Shown: positions 24,987 to 35,993 of the stretch, one piece after another | Numbering within the stretch: the stretch's first letter is position 1 | How the letters are laid out: every line of letters starts with the position of its first letter | From: Phaeosaccion multiseriatum | Taxonomy: Eukaryota; Protista; Ochrophyta, other classes | Assembly (NCBI GenBank): GCA_965112735.1 | Contig: OZ218958.1 | Coordinates: 3,224,001-3,288,000 of the forward strand | Reading direction: 5' to 3' | DNA: 64,000 nt | The notes under the pieces: generated by a model | What the model was told of the DNA's origin: nothing | The model's database searches: none | What the model saw: only the letters and a program-made list of their open reading frames with translations | Program-made: the position numbers and the translations under genes

Positions 24987-25439
24987 AGAGCTGCTGTTGG
25001 AGCTGTTGTTGCCGGACAAAAGTTCCCAACATGCGGCTGGTGGTACTGTTGTTGTTGTTGTTGTTGTTGTTGTTGCCATTGTACACGTGCGGCACGTGCG
25101 GCACCTGCGGCAGCTGCGGCAGCAGCTTGGGTTCCACCACCTCCGGCTTCACAACCTCCGGCTCCACCACCTCCGGCTCCACCCCCCATTCCAGCCACTC
25201 CAGCTCGAGAAAGAGCCGCACGCCTGACAGGAGGAGGGCGGAAGGGTTGCTGGACAGCAGCGCGTCGAGCCAGGAGGTGACTGCGGTGCAGTCCATCAAG
25301 CCTTGGCCAGAGGGCGCGCACTTGAGCACCTGCACCAACTGGGACTGATAGGACGCGGCGCCTGCCGCCCCCTCTGCCGCGGCCGTCGCCGCGTCGTGAA
25401 CGAGCACGGCCGCGAGGTGAAGCACGTCTGCCCATGTAC

Positions 25440-25649
25440 TGTGGAGTCTCAAAGGTGTTTGGTATGTTGGAATCCGGATTGTCGCCAGTTGGGGAACGTA
25501 CGCCTCATATGAACGGCATGTCGCAGGAGGAGGATAGATAGGAAGTGAGATAGAAGAAGAAAGCTAATACACTCTCAACATAGGATAAGAACCCCTTTGC
25601 TTGTTGGTTGTCTGGGGTGTGTGGTCTGTCCCGCATCTCAGGTGGCTCA
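25440..25649 (+). repeat. 5' LTR of element A (210 bp)
   Basis: Runs TGTGGAGTCTC...GGTGGCTCA. The last 55 bp recur at 42865-42919 with one mismatch. Confidence 0.85.
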
Positions 25650-25652
25650 ACT

Positions 25653-25665
25653 TGGTGGAAGTGCC
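25653..25665 (+). promoter_or_regulatory. Primer-binding site of element A, probably tRNA-Ala
   Basis: TGGTGGAAGTGCC lies 3 nt after the LTR. Its complement GGCACUUCCACCA fits a tRNA 3' end with CCA, A73 and U70 (the Ala G3:U70 identity pair). Confidence 0.7.
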
Positions 25666-26115
25666 AAGCTGAGGGATTTCCTTTTGTTGTAGCAAATCAG
25701 CACAAAATAAAAATAGGGGGGGAGATTTTGGAAAAGGTTACAATGGCAAAGGCGGGTGGACCCCGAAAAGGCGCGGGGCCGCGGCGCCCTGTGGGGGCTG
25801 CATCTTCGGGTGTGTTGGAGCGCCTTTCTCCTCCACCACCAGCGGGCGCTCGTCCTTCTCGTCGAGCTCCTCCGCCGGAGCATGGTTCGGGAGACGATAC
25901 GGGAGATGACCACAGCTCTTCTACTGAGGAGGGATCCATTGGCCTCGACGGCGACGATTCCAAATCGCCGACGGAGGCGGAGGCGAAGTCTGACGCTGTG
26001 TCTGCCAGTGTTGGTCCCCAGTCTCGTGATGCTGCTGTACCCCCGCCCCACCTAAAGGCGCGCCGCGTTTCCGTTTGTCTCGATAGACGAGGAGAGGAAG
26101 GCCGCACTTAAGACG

Positions 26116-28107
26116 ATGAACCCAACATCCCCTGCTCCCCCACGTACCGGCGCTGGCGCCTCAGATACTGCTGCAGTAGCTGATTCGGATGATGGTGTGG
26201 AGGAGACTAAGGACAATCCTCCTGAGGACGCACCTGTGCAGCCAGAGCCTCGAGAGGGACAGGAGCAGGCCGCTGGTGCCCCTGTCTCCCTGGACTCCAT
26301 GAGCCTCTTCTTTCAGCGCTTCGCCGAACAGCAGCACCAGCTGATGTTGAACCAGCATGCACAGGATGAAGTTCGTCGTGAGAGGGATAGGGCTGACTTT
26401 GAGGCTCGTCGTGCTGCGGATTTGGCCGACTTCGAAGCCCGTCGTGTTGCGGAGCGGGCCGAGGCCGGAGCTCGTCGTGAGGCGGAGCCATCTGATTTTC
26501 AAGCTCAGCTTAGGGCTCTCGCTCTTCAGAATCAGCCGCAGCAACCCCCTGCCCCAGCCCAGCCTCCTGCTGCCCCTGTGGCACCAGGCCCTCCGCCTCA
26601 GCCTCGGAAGGTGAGCTATCCCAATCAGCTGGCACAGGCCCCTCTTCTGTGGCCTCCGCCGCCGGATGCTCCTCCAGAGGATCAGCTGGAGCGGGTCGGC
26701 AGCATCATCGTTGAACACGAGCTCAGGATCGCAAACTCTTCCCCCTTGAGTTTGGACCATTCCAAGCTCTCGCAATATCGAGACTTTGGTGTGGAGTGGA
26801 TTAGCCCTGTCTTCGACCGCTTCCATCGCACAATCGATGGCCCTTCTATCGGTGTTGGCTTGGCTGCTACTGCTCGGGACTGGCTCACGGATATGCGTAC
26901 ACAAGCGGAGACGACGAGAGCGGAGCGCGGAGACGGCGCAGCTTGGGCTGTTTTTCGCAGTGCATTCTTTGAGACTTGGGCTAACGTCTCCCTCTCTAGC
27001 CTACAGAACCAGATGCTTCTCCTCACACCGGAGCCGGGGGAGCTGCTGCCTACCTACATCGATCGGATGCGCAGCAAAATCCGCATTGCCGACCTCTTGG
27101 ACGGTGGCCTCATGCCTGAGATCGCTCTCCAACGCCTGCTGTCGTCTCTCGAAAATCACTACGCGGCTGACTTTGAGAGTACCACTAACATGATTTTCGC
27201 CCAGCCCACGCCCGCTCAGGCCACTCTTCTCAAGGGTCGCAAGTGGCCCCTCTTGTGGATCGAGAAGTACCCGCGCTTTGACGCACTTGCCGACATGGTG
27301 GGACTCCACATGCGCCGTAGCCACGCTTCTTCGTCTGGCCGTCCAGCGGTATCTTCGCTCGGCACCAGAGACAGCCCTGTGGAGGTGGGGGCCGCGGAGC
27401 GTCCCCAAGCCCGCCTCCTCGACCCCACATCACCGCCGCCTCCGCTCGAGAAGGGTCAGTGCTACAGGTGGCTTCGTAGTGGCGTGTGCTCGACCAAGGA
27501 TACTACGTGCCCCTATCGCCACCCCGCCCTTGCGCCGACCTCTCCTGCAGCGCGTCGGGACCTTTCTCCTGCCCCTGTTCCTCCCCCGGGTGCTGCCGGT
27601 CGCGCCGCTGGCGATGGCGCCCCTGTGCATGCCAAGTACTCTGCCGTTGCTAGCCGTGGCGTTGATACTGCGAGGACTCCGCCCGCTCACAACCATGCTT
27701 CCCCGCACTTCCATGGTGCCTCCCGCGCCCAAGATGCTCGCCTGTCGGCTCCTGGTGAGCGGAGTGGGCCTGCCGCTGGTCGCCTCTCCAATCGTGGTCG
27801 AGGTGGTGGGCGTCGCATTCTGGGCCGCCGCTTCGTTCCCCGCCGGGCGGAGTCTGTGGTGAACAGGTGTGATGACTTCCAGACTAACTTTTGCGAGTGG
27901 GGGAAGGAGTGTAAGTACGAGCACATCCTTTATTGCTGGAATTGTGAGACCGCCGGGCATCACCTGTGGTTCGCCTGTGGTGCGGGCTACACCGACGCCG
28001 CTAAAGAAAGCGGGTACGCCTCCCCGGCGGAGTTCGAATCCGAGCAACTCAAATGTGGTGGTTATGCTTCGCGGATCTCGGATGCTCAGGGCGAGGATTA
28101 CTACTGA
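26116..28107 (+). CDS. gag: Gag of element A, with two CCCH zinc fingers and a CCHC-like knuckle
   Basis: ARDWL...WAVFRSAFFETW...YIDRMR Gag core; CYRWLRSGVCSTKDTTCPYRH; CDDFQTNFCEWGKECKYEH; CWNCETAGHHLWFAC. Confidence 0.8.
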   Translation: MNPTSPAPPRTGAGASDTAAVADSDDGVEETKDNPPEDAPVQPEPREGQEQAAGAPVSLDSMSLFFQRFAEQQHQLMLNQHAQDEVRRERDRADFEARRAADLADFEARRVAERAEAGARREAEPSDFQAQLRALALQNQPQQPPAPAQPPAAPVAPGPPPQPRKVSYPNQLAQAPLLWPPPPDAPPEDQLERVGSIIVEHELRIANSSPLSLDHSKLSQYRDFGVEWISPVFDRFHRTIDGPSIGVGLAATARDWLTDMRTQAETTRAERGDGAAWAVFRSAFFETWANVSLSSLQNQMLLLTPEPGELLPTYIDRMRSKIRIADLLDGGLMPEIALQRLLSSLENHYAADFESTTNMIFAQPTPAQATLLKGRKWPLLWIEKYPRFDALADMVGLHMRRSHASSSGRPAVSSLGTRDSPVEVGAAERPQARLLDPTSPPPPLEKGQCYRWLRSGVCSTKDTTCPYRHPALAPTSPAARRDLSPAPVPPPGAAGRAAGDGAPVHAKYSAVASRGVDTARTPPAHNHASPHFHGASRAQDARLSAPGERSGPAAGRLSNRGRGGGRRILGRRFVPRRAESVVNRCDDFQTNFCEWGKECKYEHILYCWNCETAGHHLWFACGAGYTDAAKESGYASPAEFESEQLKCGGYASRISDAQGEDYY

Positions 28108-29232
28108 GGGTTCGTACAGGCAGACACCAAGTTGCCCAGCTCTGCCTGTGTGGAACGCGCTGGGCCGACCCCTTCCTCTGCTGGTATGTGTAAGAGTCAA
28201 GGGGAACAGGAGAAATTGGATATGGAGGAGCAGCAAAGGGTGGGGTGTGTGAACCACTCTGAGAAATGTACATACATGGGATGGCATGCCGAAATGTTAG
28301 CCGCACAAGTACGTGCAGAGACTAACCTATTGGCCCGGATCAACCGCTTTAGTCTAGCCGCTCTGCAGGATATGAATCGGTTTCAAGTCTTATCTGATAT
28401 AGATGAGGCAGCAGAAGAGGACATTGGGAGTGAGGAGGCTCCGTATGGAGACGAGGGCCTCGCCACCGCACACGTACCGCTTGGAGAAGCGGATACAGCC
28501 TTAGAGAACGCCCCGCGTGGAGAAGCGGATAAAGCCATCGAGAACGCCCCGCTTGGACAAGTGGATACAGCCATCGCGAACGCCCCGCTTGGAAAAGCCA
28601 TCGAGAACGCCCCGCTTGGAGAAGCGGATAAAGCCATCGCGAACGCCCCGCTTGGAGAAGCGGATAAAGCCATCGAGAACGCCCCGCTTGGAGAAGCGGA
28701 TAAAGCCATCGAGAACGCCCCGCTTGGAGAAGCGGATACAGTCATAGCGAACGCCCCGCTTGGCGCAACGGATATAACCATAGAGACAGCCCCGCTTGGA
28801 GAAGCGGAAAATTGCAGCACCGCTACCGCCACAGCCATCGGTGATGCCATTGAGAACGCCGCCGCCCCGCTTGATAGAGCGGAAATTGCCCACGGGAGTG
28901 CTTCGCCTCATCCTACCACTGCTGCTCACGGGCCTCTCTACGGTTTGACTGATCAGTCCAAACACGCTGTCAAGACTGCTTACCGAAAACTTGTTGAGGA
29001 GCGCCACGTCCATGGCCGTGCTTCCCGTTCGGAGGCTCTGGAGCTGGCGCAACTTCGCGACGCCCACTCCACGCCCTTTGGTAGTACACAGGGAAGTGGA
29101 AAAGCAGGCCTGAGTGGTTCAATGGCTGTTACGTGGGGCACTTTCGTCGGTTCTGTAGAGGTGAAAAGTACTAACCCGTTCCTGACTGAATCATTTCTCA
29201 TCAAGGACGCCCTTTGGGATATGGGAGCTCAG
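28108..29232 (+). pseudogene. pol: Element A pol, part 1 (repeat linker and start of the aspartic protease), cut by element B
   Basis: In frame with gag after a single TGA. Ends ALWDMGAQ; removing B and one TSD gives LWDMGAQTAISQAAVDKAL. Confidence 0.8.
28477..28810 (+). repeat. 36-bp coding minisatellite (ENAPLGEADKAI, about 10 copies)
   Basis: GAGAACGCCCCGCTTGGAGAAGCGGATAAAGCCATC units; one unit is shortened by 9 bp. Confidence 0.95.
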
Positions 29233-32200
29233 TGTGGTAGATTGTCCTGCCTGAGGGTTTCCGGTCACACATTCTGGGGTATAATAAGAATGTCGGTTTC
29301 CTAGGCACGCCCCGAGGGGGTTCAACGGCTCTAGCGTTTCACCCTCCTCTTTGTGGGCACAAGCTTTGCATCAGCAAGTAGTAGAGATATATTATCAATA
29401 CGGACACTGACGCCCCACCATAGGCGCAGCATATACTTAGTCCAAACCCCTTAACGTTTCTACTATCTTAGCTTAGCACAGAACTAGTTCTCGCTTTAGA
29501 AAAGCTTTGGAGAAGGATTTTCTCGGACCGATTGGAGGAGCGGCATCATGGCGGTTCAAGGCATCATCATGAGGGACCCAACCCATTATCCGGAGATACG
29601 GACGCCTCTATCTGCGGAAGTCGTCAGCGAGTTCTTACTGCAGTACGATCAGTCCGCGCTCAGGGATAGGGACAAGCCGCTGGATATCCCCAGCATGGTG
29701 CAGCTCATCGAACCAGCACATCGTTTTGGAATAGCCATCGCCAATAAAGTGTCGGAGGCTCAGCTAACGTCCAAGATGGTACGGGATTACTTGGAGAGGT
29801 GGTTGAAGAAGAATCGCAGGGAGGACGTCAACGGAAATGCCACTCTCAACGAGATAATCAGGAAGACGGTACTCGTGTATGATCCGGACCCTCTCCAATT
29901 CAAGCACAATCTTCAGTACATGTGCCAGCAATACCTTCGCATGATCCACGAGTCAGCAGCAAGGAAGGAGTACCTGAACTTGAACCCCACCGATACGAAT
30001 TTCCTTGGTCCGAACGGAAAGCACGCTGCCAAAGGGATGCAGCGAGGCTTACTCACCATCATCATGCATGGAGAAAATGCTGGTGGACGCGTTCAAAGAT
30101 GGACAGAAGGACTGGGGAGAGCATCACGGGGAGTGGATGGAGAAATTCGTCAGACACTTGTGCCAGTGGGCCACCATGAGAGCGGCAGCACGGCGTATCG
30201 GCGGTAAGGCCGAACATTTCCTTCCCGGACTCAAGGGTGACCAAGGGGCATCTGGAGGCGGCGGGGAAGGCGGTGGTGGGCAAGGCAAAGGTGCAGGCGG
30301 CAAGCGCAAGTGGCAGCAGGAGCAGCAGCCAAAGCGTACGGGTGCAGAGACCTCCTCGAAGGAGACAGCAGCGGGCAAAGAGACAGCCAGCAACCCATTG
30401 AAGAAGGCCCGTACTCCGAAGTGCTGGGCCTGCGACAAGCCGCATCGGATTGACGACTGCCCTACAACCACTGCCGAAGACAAGAAACGCATCAAGGCAG
30501 AGAAACAGAAGGCATGGGAGCAGAGGAAGGCTGAGGCGAAGAAACCGGGGGTTACGTCCGTCTCATCTTCTTCGGCTGCGGCAGGTGTTTCTTTGCCAGG
30601 GCCAGTTGCTATGGACCTCACGGGAGACCGCATGAGCGTGGTTCTCGTGAATGACACGACTCCGGAGGTGCGGATGTCGGCGCAAGCCCTGTTTGACAGC
30701 GGATGCGATGTGGGTATGGTCATGGGTGGTGACCTGGCTCGCACGTGGGTCGGAAAGGGTGGTGGCGTACTAGAGGCCTGTGAGCCTTCGGAGTGCGTCA
30801 CTGCTGCTGGACCTGTGACTGCCAACGAAGTGTTGTGCGGCAGTCACCTTGAGATAGAGCTGAGTCATGGAAGCGTGAGTACAGCGCAGCTGGACAAGGA
30901 GTTCAGATCCATGTTGGTTCTTGAGAGCTTGGGCAGCAGACTGATTCTGGGCCGGCCTTTGCATAAGGCACTGGGCTTGGAGTCTTTGACTGAGCAGTTG
31001 CACAGAGTGCACGAGAAACGGTCGGAGGAGACCCTGCAGAGGGAGCGTGACGACGCTTCCCCTGCGACAGGGGCTGCCCCGACTAAGCAGCAGAGTGTTG
31101 AGAAGAGCGTGTGTTCTATGGGCGTTGAGACCATCCAAGACTATGCTGATTTTGAGGCAAGCAACTTCCCCGTGCAAGTATTGGGGGTAGGAGCGCAGGA
31201 GGTTGCGGCCGAGAGCCCCCCTCCTGTCGCCAGTGCAGAGGCACCAGAGGTTAGCGCCATTGGCGGCCAACCGCTTGAAAATAAAGACCGTGAAGAGTGT
31301 GAAGGTGTACCGGATACTATTCAAGGGCCATCAGAGGGAGTTTCCCCTTCTGAGGCACGCCGTAGAGAGGTGCTAGGTCCCATTGTGGACAAAGCAATCA
31401 CTGATCATGATTTCCCTGCGGAGCTGAGAGAGCCAATGATGGAAGCTCTCTTAGAGTTCGACGTGTGGCGGGAAGAGTTGCTCTTTAGCGACGGCCCCGC
31501 TAACGTAGAGCCAATGGAGGTGACGTTTACCAATAAGGTACCGAGCTCCCGTCTCCCCATAAGGCAACAAGGCGCAAAGGGTGCTTTTGTAAATGACTTT
31601 TGCAACAAGTTGATAGACAAAGGCCTGGGTTATAGCAACCCGCAGAGCGCTCATGGCAGCCCGGCGTTTGCAGTGGGCAAACCCGGCAAGCCAGGCAAGT
31701 ACCGTATCGTCTGCGACTTTCGCGAAGTCAATGAAAAGGTACAGAAGGTCGATTTTGGGATGATGAACATTGAAGACGCCGTAGCCTCCATGTTGGGTTG
31801 CCTATGGTTCATCGAGATAGATGGGGTTGACATGTATTGGCAATTCCCACTAGGCAAGTTGAGCCAAGTTGCTCACACCTATATATTCCCAAATGGCAAA
31901 GTGACGCCAACTCGAGTACCCCAGGGGGCTAAGAACTCGGGCGCTTACGTCCAAGGCCAGATGACCCACCTCTTTCGCAAAGAGTTGTGCAAGACCCACG
32001 CCGTCTACATTGACAACGTAGCGTACTGGGCAAAGGTGGGAGAGGAGATGGTGAGTCTCACTCGATTGACGATGAAGCGCCTCCACAGCGCCAACATCAA
32101 GATAGGATTGAACTCGTTCCGTTTCGGTAGCGAGCTCAAGTTCCTTGGCCGCGTGCACGACCGACGCGGCACACGACATGACCCCGCCAGAGTGCAGGGC

Positions 32201-35015
32201 CTGACCAGTCTCGCGGCCCCAGAGACGGCTGGAGATTTGATGACTTTCCTCTGCAGCCTGCAGTGGTTTCATCGATACATCAAGGACTTCGCTAAGCTAG
32301 TGGGTCCTTTGAACGCGCTGTTGAACAAAGCCCTCGGGCAGGCTAACGCTAAGCCTCATCAGCACAAGCGCTCCAAGGCAGTGGCCAAGACGATTCCATT
32401 GGCTTCTGTGGGGTGGGACACAGAGCACGACGACGCTTTCTTCCAGATCAAGCGCGTTCTTGCACAGAACACGGTGCTGTCGCACCCAGACCCAACCAAA
32501 CTGGCACTGGTATTCCCAGATGCTAGTGACCTCTACTGGGGATGTATGATTACATACATAGACCCCAAAGAGCTGTGCCTTCCGGTACATGAGATGAACC
32601 ACATCCCGGTGGCCTTCGGCTCAGGCGCCTTTGAAGGCGCAGAGCTGAGGCGTGCCACCATCGACAAGGAAGGAGACGCGACACTCCGAGGCTTGATCCA
32701 GAACGAGTACGCTTTGGTCGGGGCACAGAAAGTGCACATCTTTTGCGACCATCGCAACTTGGCGTTCATGATGAGCAACGACAGCAAGTACCCTGGCATG
32801 ACTAAGCCTATGAGGGACAGGCTGCAGCGTCAGGCCGTGCGCCTTCAGAGCTTTGACTATGTCATTGTCCACTTCCCTGGTCATCTCCATGATTGGGCCG
32901 ACCCCATTAGCAGGCGGTACACGCACCCGGTGAGCCTCACCCCTAGTGTGCTCGCCTTGGGCAAGTTTGGACCCATGCAAGTGTTTGACACTATGTGTGA
33001 CGACTTCACTTGGCCCTCCACCACTGAGATTGCCAGTCTGCAGGCCGACGCTCTTCAGGAGCTCCAGCAGGCTAGCAAGGAGGTGGGAGAGAACGGGCGC
33101 CGCCTGCTCCTCTCATCAGTTGGCGACGACGGGTTGATTCGAGCGTGCCATCCGACGAGCAACCCCGCTGACAGCACCCGCATTTGGATTCCCTCGGTGG
33201 GAGCCAAGGCGGAAGACATGCACCTGAGGCTGTGTGTGACTGGCCATCAGGGTATGATGGGCCATCAGGGAGAGACAAACACCTTGAGTGCTATTAAGGA
33301 GAAGTTCATTTGGCACTCGCTAGACAAGGACGTGCGAAGCCTCGTTCAGAACTGTCTCCACTGCCTCACCAACGGCAAGGGCGAGAGAGTGCCTCGCCCC
33401 CTGCTAGCTCAATGGCACGCCACTGGACCCCAGCAACTCATCTGGTTTGACTTCGTCAAGATTGGCGATGGAGTCATATGGGCAGAGTCCCCAGAAGGGT
33501 TCATGAAGCTTCAGGTCAAGCAAGTGCTGTGCATCTTTGATGATTTTTCATCATTGTCAATGTATGAGCCATGTTTGGAAGCTACTGCACGAGTGTGTGC
33601 ACGCGGTCTGTTGCGCTGGTTCGCACAGCATGGCGTAGTGCCCAGGTGGCAGAGTGACCGAGGCAGTCATTTCCTAAATGAGGTGATACGTGAGTTAAGT
33701 CAGCTCTTGCGGTGCAACCACCACTTTGTGGTGGCACACAACCCATACAGTCGAGGATTGGGCGAGCGTGGTGTACAGACACTGCAGAAGATCATGAGAT
33801 CAATGATGTCTGAACTACGGCAGCCGCCCGAGACATGGCCGCAGCTACTGCCAGTGATGGAGGCTGTTGAGAACAGCTCCAACAAGAGCAGTCGGTCTAA
33901 CTTGTCTCCCATCCAGCTGCACAGTGGTCACGTACCACAGCGGCCTCTCGACACGATTTTGATCCACGACGCGGATCGGATGCAAAAGGTTCGGCTACTG
34001 CAGCTGACCCCGGCGCAGAGAGACACCCTTGCGACACAACTCCATCAGAGGAAGGAGGGGCAGCGTGCCGAGGCGGCGCGCCAACTGACTACCCTCCGCG
34101 ATCACAAGCGCGATGGCATCAACCAGAGGTTGATGAGTGGCAGACGTGGTGCAGAGCATCGTCAGGACTTGGCCAGAGCTAAGCAGCTCAACAGCGAGAC
34201 GCTGTTTCAGGTCGGAGTCTACGTACTCGTTGCAACAGTAGGGCCTACAAGCAAGATACTAGGCAAGTGGCATGGGCCCTGCCGAGTGCTTGAAGCCCTT
34301 GAGCAACACGTGTACAAGGTGGAGGAGCTTGTGGGCAAGAAGCGTACCTATGAGGTACACATCAGCCGGCTCCGCTACTACTGCGGTGCTCACGTTAACG
34401 TCACCACCGACGTACTTCAACAGATTTCGTATAACACCCAAGACTTTGTGGTGGAGGCCTTTGAAGGCCTCGTTAAGCACGCAGATGATTCATGGCACGT
34501 CATTGTTAAGTGGCGTGGCTTTGACGCCCTCGAGAATAGCGAGGAGCCCATCGAGGCGCTGCACGAAGATACTCCACGTTTACTGGAGACCTACCTGCAG
34601 CACCATCAGGACAAGCAGTTGATCAGCGCAGTCCGAGCCTATCTGCGCAAGACTACGACGCGATCGGCTACTAAGCCGCTGCGCTCCGCGCGCACACGAA
34701 AGCGGACACAAACTAGATGATAAACACACTTACTTCCCAGTTGGCTCGAACTATCGCTTGGGGGTAGTGTGGTAGATTGTCCTGCCTGAGGGTTTCCGGT
34801 CACACATTCTGGGGTATAATAAGAATGTCGGTTTCCTAGGCACGCCCCGAGGGGGTTCAACGGCTCTAGCGTTTCACCCTCCTCTTTGTGGGCACAAGCT
34901 TTGCATCAGCAAGTAGTAGAGATATATTATCAATACGGACACTGACGCCCCACCATAGGCGCAGCATATACTTAGTCCAAACCCCTTAACGTTTCTACTA
35001 TCTTAGCTTAGCACA
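29233..35015 (+). mobile_element. Chromodomain Ty3/gypsy LTR retrotransposon B, nested in the protease of A
   Basis: 248-bp LTRs at 29233-29480 and 34768-35015, identical by eye (TGTGGTAG...AGCACA). TSD TCAG. Short PPT GGGGGTAG. Confidence 0.97.
29548..34720 (+). CDS. gag-pol: Gag-Pol of element B (frame change near 30051; RT motif YIDN)
   Basis: ORF 29548-30207 overlaps ORF 30005-34720. Knuckle CWACDKPHRIDDC, PR LFDSGC, RT YRIVCDFR/TPTRVPQG/YIDN, RH FPDASD/FCDH, IN HQ..H..CLHC/WFDF/SDRGSHF/GLGER, chromodomain FVVEAF...VKWRGF...SEEP. Confidence 0.92.
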
Positions 35016-35695
35016 TCAGACGGCTATCAGTCAAGCAGCAGTGGACAAGGCTTTGCATACTGGCGCCCTCACGCGTCGCGACGTACTTACTTTGGAAAAG
35101 CCACGGCGTTTGCGTGGATACGACTCGGCGCACTCGGATGGTGTCGTGACGAAGGCGGTGCGTCTTGAGCTGTATTTGGTACCTGCTGTGGGTAAAAAGG
35201 GTGTGCACATTCAGCAAGTGGTGTGGGTGGTTCCGAATCTTAGCCACGACCTGTTTGTCGGCCGGGATTTACTGAGTCAAGTGGAAATTGGGGAGGGCAT
35301 CCAGATCGTGCGCTTGACTGCTGATTCTGGAGAGATACGTTATGGTGCGCAGCCTGCCTCACCATCTGTACAGCCTGATGTCTTGGATATGGGAGCCTTG
35401 GATGTCGCGTTGGACGAGTGTTTGGATGACTTGCCGCTTATGCAAATGGCCGAGACTTGCCTGCCTGGTGCCTCCCTCTGTTTGGTGGAAGATGTGCAGT
35501 TATTGCCGGGAAAATCTGTCAGGACACTTGTTTGCTTGCAAGGCTTACCTGCCGATGTGGATTCGCCTGAAGCCGGATGCCATACCGCAAACCTCACGCC
35601 CATACCGTTATTCCCCTCTACTGTCGCAAAAGATACAGGTAGAAGTGGATCGTTTGGTCGCCCAAGGAATTTTGCGCCCCTCCGACTCCAACTGG
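35016..35695 (+). pseudogene. pol: Element A pol, part 2 (rest of the protease, frameshift/deletion near 35560, start of RT)
   Basis: ...VVPNLSHDLFVGRDLL in one frame, then IRLKPDAIPQTSRPYRYSP...GILRPSDSNW in the next frame. Confidence 0.85.
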
Positions 35696-35993
35696 TGTGG
35701 TGGAGCTGGGTTAGGCTCAATTACGTATTATTAGGTAGGCAGGACAGTAAGTCAATGATGTGGGGACGCGGCCTTTTGGGGCCTGGTTGGCCCCTCCGCA
35801 CTCCTGAACCCGTAAAGACCAATTGGATTGCTTCCTTAAACAAGGGAGCTGTCCAGGGTCTTAGGGTGGGATAGCCCTAGTCATTAATACACTTGGTGCC
35901 AGCATTGGACTCTTATCTCTCCCCTTTTGGGCCCGGAACGGAGCGCTCAGCTTGGGGGTGCCTTCCTCCTCATAATCGAGGGAGGTACCGGCC

